Positions 63,347 to 64,000 of a stretch of DNA of 64,000 nucleotides are shown here, piece by piece. The DNA comes from Gammaproteobacteria bacterium. Its GTDB lineage: Bacteria > Pseudomonadota > Gammaproteobacteria > G965277405. The position numbers and the translations under genes are program-made. The stretch lies in assembly GCA_965277405.1 (NCBI GenBank), contig OZ255726.1, forward strand, positions 512,001-576,000. Direction: 5' to 3'. The notes beneath the pieces are model-generated. The model did not search any database, had not been told where the DNA came from, and saw only the letters and a list, made by a program, of their open reading frames with translations. Numbering within the stretch: position 1 is the stretch's first letter; each line of letters begins with the position of its first letter.

Positions 63347-64000
63347 TAAACGCTGCATACGCCAGCCCAACGCATACATACAGCCGGCGTAGACGGTGCA
63401 ACCAAGCATAATTTGTGCAGCCATCATCCACAGTCGTTCCAGCATCTCCATTTGCACCCATTGATATACAGGACCTTGGAACCACCACAGCGCTGCGGCC
63501 ATTGCGAGCAAAGCAGCACAGATGCGCAGCGTCTTGAGCAATAATGGGGTTTTGGGTAGCCAGCCACGTCGATACATCCCAATAATTAATAATCCTCCAT
63601 TGATCGATGCGGTTATGCTCGCGGCTAAGGCAAGACCATAATGGCCCATTTTCCAAGATAAAACGGCGCTGAGAACAATGCCGACGGATGTTGCAATTAA
63701 TGCATATTGCACAGGGGGCTTTGGCATGTTCTGGGACAAAAAAGCACTCACAAATATTTTTATCAGCATGAACATTGGCAGGCCAATTGCAAATAATCGT
63801 AATGCGCCTGCTGTTGCGATAGCATCTGCATAGCTAAAGTTAGCATACATAAACACGGTAATTACAATCGATTCAGCGGTGACGAAAAGAGCAACCATTG
63901 CTGGCAAAGCAATGCAGGTGCTTAAGCCAATACCCCAACTTAGTGTTTGGGTAAATGCTGTATCAGTGGATTTGCAGCGCGCCAGACTAGGGAGCAAAAC
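63332..64000 (-). CDS. murJ: Lipid II flippase MurJ, C-terminal part
   Basis: LPSLAR, LPAMVAL, GLPMFMLIKI..AF, GHYGLALAASI. Confidence 0.88.
   Translation of the reverse strand, partial: VLLPSLARCKSTDTAFTQTLSWGIGLSTCIALPAMVALFVTAESIVITVFMYANFSYADAIATAGALRLFAIGLPMFMLIKIFVSAFLSQNMPKPPVQYALIATSVGIVLSAVLSWKMGHYGLALAASITASINGGLLIIGMYRRGWLPKTPLLLKTLRICAALLAMAAALWWFQGPVYQWVQMEMLERLWMMAAQIMLGCTVYAGCMYALGWRMQRLAGPD

Overview
Gammaproteobacterial-looking chromosome segment with heavy IS/MITE load and scrambled operons, suggestive of a host-associated lineage (inference). 1-20 kb: an IS5-bounded island with a SulP permease, a type-2 Ldh/Mdh oxidoreductase and a complete aminoacetone/aminopropanol-type (RMM/AAU-like) bacterial microcompartment locus (AraC regulator, Pot-type ABC importer, SDR, kinase, class III PLP enzyme, acylating aldehyde dehydrogenase, two BMC-T, BMC-H, BMC-P). 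20-39 kb: exported-protein island with an LPP20 / LPP20 / WD40-caspase lipoprotein / LPP20 / transglutaminase-like operon, IS pseudogenes, and a ~2130-aa lipoprotein made of three blocks of ten RCC1-like repeats with hypervariable loops, seven FN3 domains and a discoidin-like domain. 39-64 kb: housekeeping genes (leuC, oadGAB, ampG, rlmE, mrcA, metY, clpSA, tolAR Q, ybgC, infB, nusA, rimP, murJ) in non-canonical order. A ~290-310 bp IS5-TIR MITE occurs about a dozen times in full, partial or collapsed form. No rRNA, tRNA or CRISPR array was recognised. All calls come from reading motifs by eye; no database search was run.
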